From positions 372,001-436,000 of the forward strand of contig JAQGDQ010000100.1 of NCBI GenBank assembly GCA_030141605.1: 64,000 nt of DNA, in the 5' to 3' direction. The translations under genes were made by a program, and so were the position numbers. Shown one piece after another: positions 52,301 to 64,000 of this stretch; position 1 is the first letter of the stretch; each line of letters opens with the position of its first letter. Source of the stretch: Tubiluchus corallicola (Eukaryota; Animalia; Priapulida). Below the pieces are notes generated by a model that worked only from the letters and a program-made list of their open reading frames with translations, was not told the DNA's origin and ran no database searches.

Positions 52301-55300
52301 CAATCACAGTCGTAATTAATTAATGAAATTAGGAAAAACTGCCCAGATATAGTCTAGTGATAATTAGTCGTGAGAGCCCTGCATATTAGACGTCACACGA
52401 TTAGACTGCACTACCAGGCATAGTCAAGTAATAAACATGATCATGCAGGTGGATTTAGATCTAAATTTATTCAGTCTGTCAAGTACTAAACTTTCGGCCG
52501 TGCTTGAACATTTGCATCTGAATTCATTCTTGCTTATAAAAATTATTGTAATGCAAGTGTTTGGTATTAAAATTGCGCTTCTGTTTAGGAGGGCGTGTTA
52601 TAGAGCTGGGAGCTAATTGGATTCATGGCATGCTTAGCAATCCAATTTTTGAACGAGCATTTGAACTTGGATTAGTAGATTTACCAAGAAGTAACAGGTA
52701 AGTAAAACAAGTGTGTTTAAATAGTTGGTTTTATGTATTAACTATTGATCTCCAATAGCACAATGAATTCATTAAACCTGTGTATGGTGAATGCACATAC
52801 TGGTGCACATGTGTGCATGCTATGAAGAGATAGTTAAATGTCAGTGTAATGAATTTAGGGCATGTGCAGAATTTGAAATGCTATTTACTGCTGTTAGTAG
52901 TTCGTACATTGCTGTTTTTGGTATATGTTCTGTGTTTGTTAACAGAGTTTGCTTGTTTATTTGTTATATTTGGGAAATGACTAGAATTTAATTAATTTTT
53001 GACAAGTATGTTACAACTATTTCAAGTGCTATTTGACCAGTAAAGTTGTCATTAAATAAGCTTTTACATCAATTACAGTGATTACAGGAGCGGTAGTAAG
53101 TTGTGTATAATGTGTTTTTGCAAGTAATGCAGCGTTGTGTTGCTTTAAGTAGTTATTTGATCTGTTGAGTCACACAGTTTCAAAGTTACAATGGTGTTGG
53201 GAGACAAAGAACAGTTCTACTCCTACTCTTTTGATTGTTTATTTAACTGACTTATTAATAAGACTACAGCGAACTAAATGCTGGTTGTTACATTGGTCGC
53301 CAACTCGCCTTTACTCACTAATTTGTGGGGATATAGCCTATACTGATAACAACATTTCCTGCAACTAACGCAGCAGCATAGTAGGCAAGAATGAGGACAG
53401 AAATTGACCGTGGTGGTCCTAGTGAGAAGCTGGCCTTTTTAGCTCATCAGCCAATAAGAATTTGGCACTTAAAAGAATTTTGACTTCAAAAATTCAGCAA
53501 AAAATATAAGAAGCTTATGTCATCTTTACTATATTAAAGTTATTTGTAGCTAGAAAAAATCAGGTCACAAAGTATTTCCTTTTATTCATTTTTTTTCAAT
53601 TGGTGCCTGTAACCCATGTCATCAGTTTTCCATAAGTTTGAAAATTTCTGTTTTTTCAATTATTAATGCACTTTGGCTGATTTGAACAGTTTCCATGAAT
53701 GGAGTTTTTTTAAGAGAGGCTACTGCTTAGTGAGGTTCTCTAACCTTAATTTTTGCACTGTTTTCTACATAAGTTTTGAAAGTATAAGCTATAAACCGTA
53801 ACCGTTAATGTGGAGAGTGGTCGCCGTATGCTTGTTCATTCCAAGCTTATTCCCTAACATGTTTTTTTTACTAAAGGAAGTGGGAGACTTTGGGGATTTT
53901 TCAAGGAAAGTAACTTCTCAGATGATCTGTTCTATGTAGACACGTATGAAGGGAAGTCTGGGGCAGCGATTTTAAGCAAACATTTGATACAAATCATACT
54001 CCTGTATTTGCCTTTATTGAAATAAATTGTTTACACACATTTCATATTAATACTTAATTAATTAGCCCCTTGTTTGTCCTAGCTTTTTTAAACATATAAA
54101 TGACTTTAATGTAACCTTGACTAAAAACGTAGCTCTGTCTTTAAGGGCATTAACAATTCTGAATAGAAAAGCTATCTGGAAACTGTGCAGAAAATCTCAA
54201 AACTCTGGAATTAGCAAATCGTTTCTTTTTTAATAGTAAAACTTTTTTAGGCTTTTATTATTTTTGGATTCAGTAGTCATGTTCATAGTTTTTTAAATTT
54301 AGACTGAAATGTTTTTTCCAGGTACTGCAATGTGATGGCATGTACAGATCAAGGTAATTACGTGCCAATATCAATAGTTGATGAAGTGAAACAGCACTAT
54401 TACGAAAGTTTCAATGCAGCTTGTGACATTTACACACTACAGGTGCCTGTTATTGAACCCACAAGTGTCGGTGCATTTCTGAAGCAGCAGTTCCGTAAGT
54501 GGGTATCACAGTTTCCCAACGAGGATCAGCAGTTAATACGCTTGATGGTTTTCGAACAGATGTTGAAACGCGAAGCGAGCATTGATGGTGTGCACGATCT
54601 CGATGAATTGGACCTCGCAGAAATAGGTGCATATGCAGAACTGCCGGGCGGAAATATTCGCATTAAAGACGGTTTTAGCAATATCATTGAAAACATCTAT
54701 CAGACGCTACCCAAAGATTGTCTGATGCTAGAGCATCCAGTGCGGTGCATTCATTGGGACTGTGGAGACAAAGTCAGAGTGGAGTGTTCTAATGGCAAAG
54801 TGTTTCTTTGTGACCATGTGATATGTACTGTATCGATTGGCTATCTTCAACACCATCATGTATCGTTATTTGATCCCATTTTACCAGAAGAAAAACTAGC
54901 AGCTTTTTCGCGAATCGGTTTTGGAAATGTAAATAAAATTTTCATCGAATTTGAAAAGCCAATGGACTTTTTGGACTTGTCTTTGAATGAGATTCTTCTT
55001 TTATGGGAGCCGAATGGAACAGAGGAAGAGGAGGATGAAGAAATAAACAAGAATAACTGGTTTAGAAAAATATATTCCTTTAAGGTTTTGTAGCTTTTTT
55101 ACTATTTATATTAGAGCTTTGTAACACACTACATAAAATTTCTTTCAAACGAATATGATATGACAGTAATTTTCGTCTTTACTGTGCTCAGGTGCATGCA
55201 CGATAAGTAGCAACAGACCTCAGGTGCAGGCCTAATGTTTTAATTGTGTGTTCGGTTACCTGCGCAAACACCTACTGTTGACTTGTTGATATATTTAGTT

Positions 55301-58279
55301 TATTGGTCAGATAGCCTGGCAGAAAGCTGCTAATAATGATTAACTATCACCTTCACTTTAAGTGACTGTTGTCTTGAGTAATTAATATATGGTCATTTAT
55401 TGATCAGGTTCAGTTTGATAATGTGCTGTGTGGATGGCTGGCAGGCAAACAAGCCACATTCATGCAGTCACTGACTGATAAGGAAGTTTTGGATACTGTA
55501 TGGATGATGTTGAAGCAGTTTCTCAACAATCCGAGCATTCCTCGACCGATTTCTCTTAAAAGGTTTGCTACTTGCACATATGCAAATGTTATACTCCTTT
55601 ACAGACACGTAGTCAAATAAGACATTTCAAATATGCTGCAACTTATAAGTAACCCCCTCTTTTCACTTAGCCATTTCACTTTTCTATGCCTTTGAGTGAT
55701 ATACACACCATATATGTGGTCCTATGCGCCCTCGGGGGGGGGGGGGGGGGGGGTACAGTAACTGTGAACTTTGTGTGAAAATTGTAGCTGTGTCATGTAT
55801 ACAACGAAGAAGCAGCCTCTGAGGTTTTTGCTCAATACTAGATTTACAGTGCAAGTTAACACTATGTACACACGGAGAAAAAATGTTTCAACTTAGATTA
55901 TTTTCAATTTGACTATACTTTTTCGACAGCTAAGTGATTCACCACAGTAAACTATTTTAAATCAATGGCATGCCTGAATTACTGTGCAACCAGTGGCACA
56001 GATGCACCTGACTGAATTAAATAACAATTAACCAACTAAAAATGTGTTGAGCTGTTATACCATGATTATTAGAAATGCCTTGCAATAGAAGTCTTGTGTC
56101 ACTTTATCGTGCTTTTTATCCAGTCAGAAGTGTAAAATCTTTCGTAATATTGGACAATACAGTGGACTCTCGTTACAAGAATCACACGTATAAGAATCAG
56201 CTCGATATAAGAATCAAAATCGCGTTTCCCGAATTGATTCGGCATTTTCCTAGCGAAAATCCGCTCGTATAAGAATCACCCTTCTTTCGATAGTAGAATC
56301 AATTTTGGCGCCAACTCCATTGTCTCTCACGCCCTGCTTACAAGGTTCTGCGCAGTGGGCGTGGCGGAAAAAAATAATGTGCATTAAAAAAATTTTAAGG
56401 CAATTCTGGCATCATGAAATATTTACCCAACCATGAAATGAAAACATTAGTCTAGTAATTTTTAGGTCCTTTTTAGGCCAGAAAAACATTATGCTGTTTC
56501 ATGTCGTTTCTAGCGTAATTTCGGGAAATAAATAATTTTATGTGCATAAAATTTTTTTAAAGCAATTCTGTGTCATGCTCGTTATAAGAATCGCTTGTTA
56601 TAAGAATCACTTTGCCTTCTCCCGAGGTGATTCTTATAACGAGAGTCCACTGTATTATTTTAATAGTTGCTTGTCTGTTATGAACTTAAAGCAAGTTCTG
56701 TTAATAAATTTTGTTTTGTAACTTGGTAATCACTAAGTGTAACAAATCACTAACTTAGTGCTCATACGTAAATTACATTACCGCCTCAGTAAGCATGTAT
56801 AATAAAAATAATTTTTTCCTGCGTTAATGTGCATGCTAGGATTGAGAGTCTTTGACGTCTTTATAGCTTCTTGGCTGTCGATGTGAATTTTTAGATCTTT
56901 TTTCTACATATTGTCTTTCAAACAAAGAAGAGTATTATTAACTAATCATTGCAATATTTTTGTAATTTTTCGAACATGTTTCAAAATGTGCTGATTTTTA
57001 CACTATGCTTTAGGACTTAGAGGCTTTTTATGGTGTTGTTCAATGCTCATGCTGATGTTTTTTAGACACAATTGTTTTAAACTATTTAATGACAGTAATA
57101 AAACTTAATTACAGGCAAATCTGCTTAAGACAGATCTGGTTAATTCAGATCTCATGTTAACTCACACTACATTTTAGTTTCTATGGGGTTTATGTTTCTC
57201 TCTTTATGTAAAACATCTCTTAAACAGTGTTTCTCTAGCCTCGCTCATTGGAGTTTCGTTGATCTCGAGATGTGTGACTTAAGTAGGTTTGCCTGCATGC
57301 TTATCAGTGTATTTTAAGAAAAGTGTTTCAATGAAATAAATTCAATGTAATTGCTTTTTACAACAGGCTGTTGGTTGTGCAAGGGTGGGCCTGGGGTTAG
57401 TGGACACCTGACCTTATTGCTGGGACTTCTTGTGACATTTAGTTTTATCATATCTTGTTTCAGTTTACATTTGTGTTTGTCATAATATATTAATATATAT
57501 AAATTATGTTCTTCTTCCAGAACAAACTGGGGAGAGATGCCGTACATAAGAGGAGCGTATAGTTCTCTTAAACCTGGCGGAAAAACTTCAGATTTTGAAA
57601 CTGTAGCTGCTCCTCTGTATTCATCTACTGATAATAGCAGGGTAATGTAGTCACTGTGAAAATTTATTGGAGAAATTTTGATTTAAATACTATTAAAATA
57701 TGTGCAGTGCCTTCTTAGAAAATGCATGTTTTCAAAATGTAATCAGCATTTACCTGTATGCTGCTAATGTGGCTTCGTGAAATGTTTCAGCTTATTTTTA
57801 ATTATTTAAGCTGTGGCTGAAGCTGAGTCGTTCAAATTGATGTTCTTGGTGCTAACAACATCAATTTGACTGTTGTTCAAGCTGAAGGGGTCATGATATC
57901 CATGCGACTGTAGAAAACAAGATTTTTGTACAATTGTAAATTTACGATTTGTTTTTGTTGGTTAGGCAAAGTTATTCACTCGCTTCGCAAATAATATTTT
58001 TACAAAATTTACAAACAAGCATAGTTGCTAATATTTTATTATTTTTTTAACTAATAATTCATTTTCTTTTTTCAGCCACTAGTTCTCTTTGCTGGAGAGC
58101 ACTGCCATCCAAATTATTACTCCACAGCTCATGGTGCTTTGCTTACTGGGCGCCACGAGGCAGAACGGATTGTGACGTTATTACAGAAGTCTGAACATAC
58201 ACCCAAGCCATGTGCTTGTGTTAGCGAAGGTGCAGGAGCACAAAGCATTCAATATCATCCTGATTCAGATTCCGAATGA
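48665..58279 (+). CDS. FAD-dependent spermine/polyamine oxidase (SMOX/PAOX family), 6 coding exons, about 521 aa
   Basis: Exons: 48665-48878 (VVIVGAGLSGLAAG...LEATDRVGGRI, FAD-binding), 52589-52697 (IELGANWIHG), 54322-55084 (DHVICTVSIGYL, GFGNVNKIFIEF), 55408-55562 (LCGWLAG), 57521-57641 (WGEMPYIRGAYS), 58076-58279 (LFAGEHCHPNYYSTAHGALLTGRHEAERI). All GT-AG with consistent phases, total 1566 nt. Confidence 0.93.
49250..49312. repeat. (TA)n microsatellite
   Basis: Directly visible. Shorter (TA)n tracts occur near 28630 and 44265. Confidence 0.97.
51248..51497 (+). mobile_element. Helentron-associated / DINE-1-like short element
   Basis: T-rich start, subterminal inverted repeat TATAGTTGCCC...GGGCAGCTATA, a GTCT/GTCC microsatellite (gtctgtcc...gtccgtcc) and a T-rich end. 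A related partial copy lies near 50480-50570. Confidence 0.5.
56160..56652. mobile_element. Tc1/mariner-pogo type MITE with TA TSD, in oxidase intron 4
   Basis: TA|CAGTGGACTCTCGTTACAAGAATCAC ... GTGATTCTTATAACGAGAGTCCACTG|TA, a 26-bp TIR with 1 mismatch. Internal TATAAGAATC repeats. Confidence 0.92.
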
Positions 58280-60798
58280 TTTCAAAAGGTGAACTTTTCC
58301 TCGTATGGTTACCTGCCGTAACAATGTCGTATGAATGTTTCTCTAGTCGTATTTAGGTGAAAAATTAAATACGCATGTAGGTTGAGTTGGTGAAGTCTTG
58401 TCCTTCTAGACATGAAAATGTCACTTGATTAGCACTGTCACTTATAATGTAGAGTAATGAAATTTTTCTTGCAAAATACCAGCCAGTGGCCTGCAGTGTA
58501 CAGGGTGGAATAACGCATGCTACCATCTAAGAGACCTGGGGAGCACTGTAAGCAATCGAGGTCCAGTATCAACGCATTTTTTCTGTGTTTAAGGACATTT
58601 TAGAGGCCTAGCACGAGACCTAAATTCTGGTATGCACACTTTCTCAAACATGAAAATACTGCTTAAATAATGCTATTTTAAGATACATTTATCTGGGCAA
58701 TATTCATTGTATTCTGTTGTAGTAGTCATATCTTAAAGCAAGCTCACATTACAGTGCAATGCAACAGCCCTAAAAATGAATCCATTACTTAAGCTCAAAT
58801 TTAGTGTCAACATTAAATGGCATTTTTCATTATCTAAACTCCACCCACTGTGCAAGCATTACAGAGTTTGGGTGCTTCACCCAATTCGCATATTAAAGAC
58901 TTGAGCGCTAATTTCTAACCTTTTTTCTGATTTGAGAATGATAAGTCTAAGGCCCACCCACTGTGCATACAAAATTTGATGTGTGTGCTAATTTGTTTCT
59001 CAAATCACAGGTACATACCAGACTGTCTGGGACAAATAACGTTGAATTTGTAGTTGAATCACAAAGTAAATTAAATAATACTGTAACGCCACTAAGCATT
59101 ATTTAGTTGTACAACCAGATTAAACTTGTATATAAGAGATTATTTATTTTTCTTTTTTATTTTGTGTAGGAAAAATTGTGTCACATTAAAAGACTGACTA
59201 ATTATTACGCTTATGTGGTAGTCTGATGTTGCTTTGTAATCTTTAGGATGAGGAGCATATTTAAATCAGGGTGTGCACTCATATCGGTGTAGTTGTTACT
59301 GGAATGGAAATATGTTTATTTGTTCAAAAACAGTGCCATTGCTTATGATTGAAAATTGTGGTTGGACAAATTTTAAGGTAGTCATGCCTTTGAGTACTCT
59401 GACTAATATTGTTTTATTTGAGAAATCACATTGGATAACACGCTGAGTGCGTACAGTGTCTGGTGAACAATATGATGATATCGCATGAAGTATACAGCCG
59501 TTATCATGCAGTATGAGCGCAAAATTTTAGTGAATTTTAGCTGTAATAATTTGTTAGACTAAGCAAATTTGTTAGATAATTAGAAAGAAATATGTGCTTA
59601 ATACAGTGTAATTGTTCTTTTGTAAATAAGAGTATTTATGGACCTGGATGCATGGATTAGTACTGACAATATTTATTGGCTCTGTTTCTGTAGTTTATCA
59701 TTCAATAAAAAGAATTGTTTAACATGTTTGGTTGTGTATTTCTATAATAGTGTATTTCATAGTGCAGATATCATCTGAGTAGTGTGTGTAACTTTATCTT
59801 GGACACAAAACTGGTACCTTTATGACAAGTTTGTATCATTTCAGGCCAACAACTTGCTGATCTGAAGTTTGCCAATCTAAGAACGAAAATGCACTTCTCT
59901 CCAACTGAAATACTGTAGTTCTTCCCTTACTGGTGGTGTTGCGGCAGGTTTACATGGTTTTGATGCTGATAAAACTAAGTGATTCAGATAATTCATATTC
60001 AAGTGATTAAACAGGAAGACAAATCAGGGATATATATATACGTAAAGGACACATACAATAGAAATCCTCGATACGTGAGAAAAAATGCAAGTTTGCTAAT
60101 ATTACTCAGGGCTGATGTGTGATTTCAGAAAAAGTCACATTATGTGTAAATGAGCTTATTTTAGATGTTTTAGAATTCTGTTTCTCATTTTGTTCACTAA
60201 TTAAGTGTAAGATAGAAATTAAAATTTGATTAAGCTGTTACAGTATTGCTGAGTAATAATTAATGAAGTGAATTTGTAAACTTCTTTGCTAAGTCTTTGC
60301 TGCTGTGTTGGCAGGTTGTGGTTAATTTCACTCATCATGACTCCAAATCATCAGGCATCTAATAATGGTCCATTTTTTGTTTTTGTAGCAACACTAAATT
60401 TGCCAGGCTACTTTAATAGAGTGCCAAATTAAGATTTTTTTAAGCCTATGCACTTATCCCGAAGGCATTTTAATCAAGGTGTTTTCGACTTTTTGGCTTA
60501 TGTTTCAGTTTTTTAACCACATAAGTACTTTATTTTGAGTTTCCCACTTCCAAAAAATATGTTCTTAACACTTTTCTTATGTACTTCCTTATCGGCATTA
60601 AATCAGAGAAATTAAATGTGAATGGAACGAGACATTACTGTATGATTCAGTTTATGGGACCTTTGTTAAGGTTTGCTACAACACGCTTATGTGCTTGAAC
60701 TGGTTGTCTGTCGTTTAGTTAATTGGACATTAACAGCTATCTGTTGTGTTTGAATTAATATAAATTGATCAGCAGCTACATGTTTTTGTTTTAATTTA

Positions 60799-61447
60799 CA
60801 GTAAATCCTCGCTTAACCATGTTGATGCAAGAAAGGATATAAATGAAGCCATCCATATCACAATGTCAATAAATGCTAGATGTAATAACATCTGGCTCAT
60901 ATTAATCAAACACCTTACCCAAAGTTACAGTTGTTTAACTTTTTATATCGTCGCTTATTATTTATAAAAGAAAAAAATTAATATAATTAATTTTGGCATT
61001 GCAATATTTATGCAATCTTCATAAATATTCTTTCAGGTAACCTTGTTGCTATTTCATGCAGTAAAATGAAATTTAACTAGTATGTTCCCAAATTACTTAG
61101 TTTGCACATTTATGGATTTTCTTTTCTACTTTATGACAGTATTCTACAAAATAGCGTATACTTCTGACATTGTAAATGCAAATGAAAATAATTGTGACCG
61201 GGATTGGTAAATACAGCTATTGTAGGTAATGCAGTGTGTTGAACTCGATTGGCAGGTTTTCGTTATTTGTCGCTTTCGTAAAATTGTCCGAACAACTTGA
61301 ACAGTTTGTGTTTTAAACAAGATTACAAATTTCTTGATAAAGTAAACTATTCATTGTTAAGTAAAAAAATGGATGGGAGCAGAATCTCGTGGTTATATAA
61401 ATGTATTGTCACTAAAAGAGGAGTAATCATTAAGCGAGGATTTACTG
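60799..61447. mobile_element. Tc1/mariner-pogo type MITE with TA TSD
   Basis: TA|CAGTAAATCCTCGCTTAA ... TTAAGCGAGGATTTACTG|TA, a perfect 18-bp TIR. Confidence 0.85.
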
Positions 61448-63090
61448 TATGATGTGCATTTGGGTGCCGAAACTTTGATAGCAATTTATGAGCATTGATT
61501 TTGCTCTGATTTGACCTTTTGTCTTTGCAAAATGATTCTGAGACTGCAACAACCATTTCAGAAGCAAAACTGTTGGCACATCTTCAGTAAATTAAGATGT
61601 TACCCAAGTTTCAAGCACAGTAGCTATCTTATGACAGGAATTAATGGAATTTCAGGTTGCATTTGTTATTTCAAAAATTGGTAGTAGGAATTGTAAGCTT
61701 GATATATAGATAAATTTATGGTGCATGCTGCCTATATCTTTTTGCCCATGCCTCCTGTGTTGCCAATTCCATTAACACTATGAGTGCTGCACTTTTTTAA
61801 AAAGAACAAAGTAAAAATATAATTAAACACATATTTCAAATCCATTTTAGGGCTTTTCTGTAGTGAAAATGATTATTTAGAAAAAGTGTTATCTTAAGTA
61901 TTTTTAGTATGTATGTATGATATTATTAGATATAAAAGTGTTTTTGTTAAAAGAGGTTAGTATAGTGTTGGTGGATTTTGTAGATTTTGAAAGCTTTGTA
62001 TAATTTTTTTGGTTATCTGTATTACAAAATACAAATACTGTAAGTGTCACAAAAGTATTGTAAGCATTGTATCGACATTTCATTATATTGTGAGAATTGC
62101 GAAAGCTGTCAGGTTAGAAGTGAAATTAAAGTTTTTGTCTGGTTTTTCCAACTGCGACAGGATTCATTGATAAAGAAAGCACAAGCTGTATTGTATCATG
62201 GCAATTGTAGTTCATGATATATATAGTAACTGTAAAATGAAATGTAATTTGTCCGATTTTAACTTAAAAAATCTAAGTGCAATAAGAAAATCTGTGTTAC
62301 GAAGATTCAGTTATTTCTTTACTGAACTCTGAACATAGAGTGTAAGCTTATTGTGGTAAACTATAAAATGAACTGTATGGCTGTATGTCATGTATGTGTA
62401 AACATACACGGCTTCTTGCTATGTCATAAGGCATTTTAGCTCATAATATTGCCCAGATTCGTATTACATGCCCTTATTATTATTATATCACGTCACCTGT
62501 CACCTATAAGATGTTTTAAATAACACAGCCATTAGCATGCAAACTAACTGTTCTTATTGTTAATATTGTTAAAATGGCACTGCAGTTTGGTAGGTTTTAT
62601 TGTATTAAGTTTATTGTATCAGGGAGATGATGAAGTGATGCACTGATGGATGTAAATACGACACTTGTATGTAATTACTATTTTATCTTCCTATGCTACC
62701 TTTCAGATGGTGCTAAGACCTCATGGTATTCTTTACTGTCTTCGTTTCTGTGCCTCTTTTTGAAATTCGAAGCCCGTATCGAGGGATTTTTGCTTATGGC
62801 AATTGTCTCTGTGTTTATAGGCCATATGTATTTATAATCTCTGTGTAATGTTCCTTGCATTCAAAGGTGTGGTATTGCAGAAGTTAAATTTCATTCACTG
62901 GATATTTAAAATACGTCTGCCATTACTTTATAGTGCTGTGGGCATAATACCTTATTCAGTATTGTCTTTTCAAGTATAAGATAGCATAGTGTTAACAGGA
63001 TATCGTGATGGTCTATTGATTCTGAAAAAAATCGAGTTAGTTTACTGTTGCTGGTGGTATGAGGCTTAACCTTGATGATAGATAGCCAAA

Positions 63091-63174
63091 GGAGATTGCT
63101 GAGTGGTTATGGTGTGTGTTCGCATTTGATAGTTAAGCAGCACCAGGCCTGGTTAGTAAGTGGATGAGTGACAC
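63091..63174 (+). repeat. 5S rRNA-derived fragment (SINE3-like or 5S pseudogene)
   Basis: AGTTAAGCAGCACCAGGCCTGGTTAGTAAGTGGATGAGTGAC matches the 5S internal control region (box A, IE, box C). The upstream GCTGAGTGGTTA is tRNA A-box-like. It is not a full-length 5S gene. Confidence 0.65.
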
Positions 63175-64000
63175 TACATATGCTATTATTCCACATATGT
63201 TGCATAGCCAATGTCATCGCCAATCCTGAAACATGTTTGTATCCAGTTAACTTCTTTACTTTGATTAATGATTTTAATTAATTTATGATTTGGTGTGCAT
63301 TTGTTTTCAAATGTTTCCTCATTTGTTGTGTGGACTAAAAATTTTGGTGTGGTAGTTGTAGATTTTTTATTTAAATGTATGTATGTCATCATTGAAAGAA
63401 TGCTCAGTCTGGATTAAAGAAAGGTTTCGCAAAATAACGATGGCAAAATTTGTCTGATGTCAAGGATGTCGTTTGTTTGTTATTATGTGTTCCACTTGCT
63501 TCTGGTCCTTGGTCAGTGTTTGGAAATGGTTGGCAAGCCGTTTTACTCAGTATCGTGTCATTTTGGGAATCAAAGTAATTTCAGTTAGAGTCTTGACCTC
63601 TGTTACGCTTTAATTTCCATCCCTAGGCTTTCTGAAATAAGTTCTAAAGTACTATTGTATGACTGTTTGACATTTTAAACTCAGGGACTGCCTTGTACTT
63701 TTACTTGAATGTCAAATGCCTCTTGCAAGCCACCTAGCATAATTATTACTTTTTGTTGGGATAATTAAGTCCACTGATTGGAATAATTAGCACCAATTTC
63801 AAGAGTGGTAACCAATATAATGTCAGGACAATGACTGGTTTAAACACACGACCGAAAACCCATTTTGATGTTAAAAGTGTTGGAATGTGTGAACTGTGAC
63901 TGGTCACAATGCCACAAATTTTTAAAATTTGCACAATTTTGTTTGCACATCCTGGCTACCAAAGTGTCAGCTTGAAGCAGGCTTGCTAGAGTTTGCTTGG

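Noticed and set aside
63091-63174. Functional 5S rRNA gene
   Set aside because: Only the internal control region matches. The 5' and 3' ends of 5S and the T-run terminator are not recognisable.

Overview
AT-rich (roughly 33-35% GC by eye) genomic DNA from an intron-rich animal, most likely an invertebrate bilaterian. It is not prokaryotic, and most entries in the ORF track are spurious or single exons. Three complete multi-exon genes were reconstructed by hand from GT-AG sites with consistent phases. These are AP-3 complex beta subunit (minus, 21 coding exons, 34543->19974, about 1051 aa), a SCAMP gene divergent from it with only 243 bp between the two ATGs (plus, 34787->45669) and a spermine/polyamine oxidase (plus, 48665->58279, about 521 aa). 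The best findings are: (i) two tandem, same-phase, mutually exclusive exons encoding alternative lumenal loop/TM4 segments of SCAMP; (ii) the compact AP3B-SCAMP bidirectional promoter with MiT/TFE (CLEAR/M-box-like) sites; (iii) a 5'-truncated but otherwise open non-LTR retrotransposon inserted in a (GA)n microsatellite; (iv) a fold-back element built from a tRNA-Leu 3' half with encoded CCA fused to an LTR-end-like sequence. The window also holds a decayed LINE with an LMDD motif, several MITEs with TIRs/TSDs, 5S-derived SINE-like fragments, tandem duplications, and a gene-poor left end with a CAGGTR motif cluster and a candidate leftward TATA promoter.
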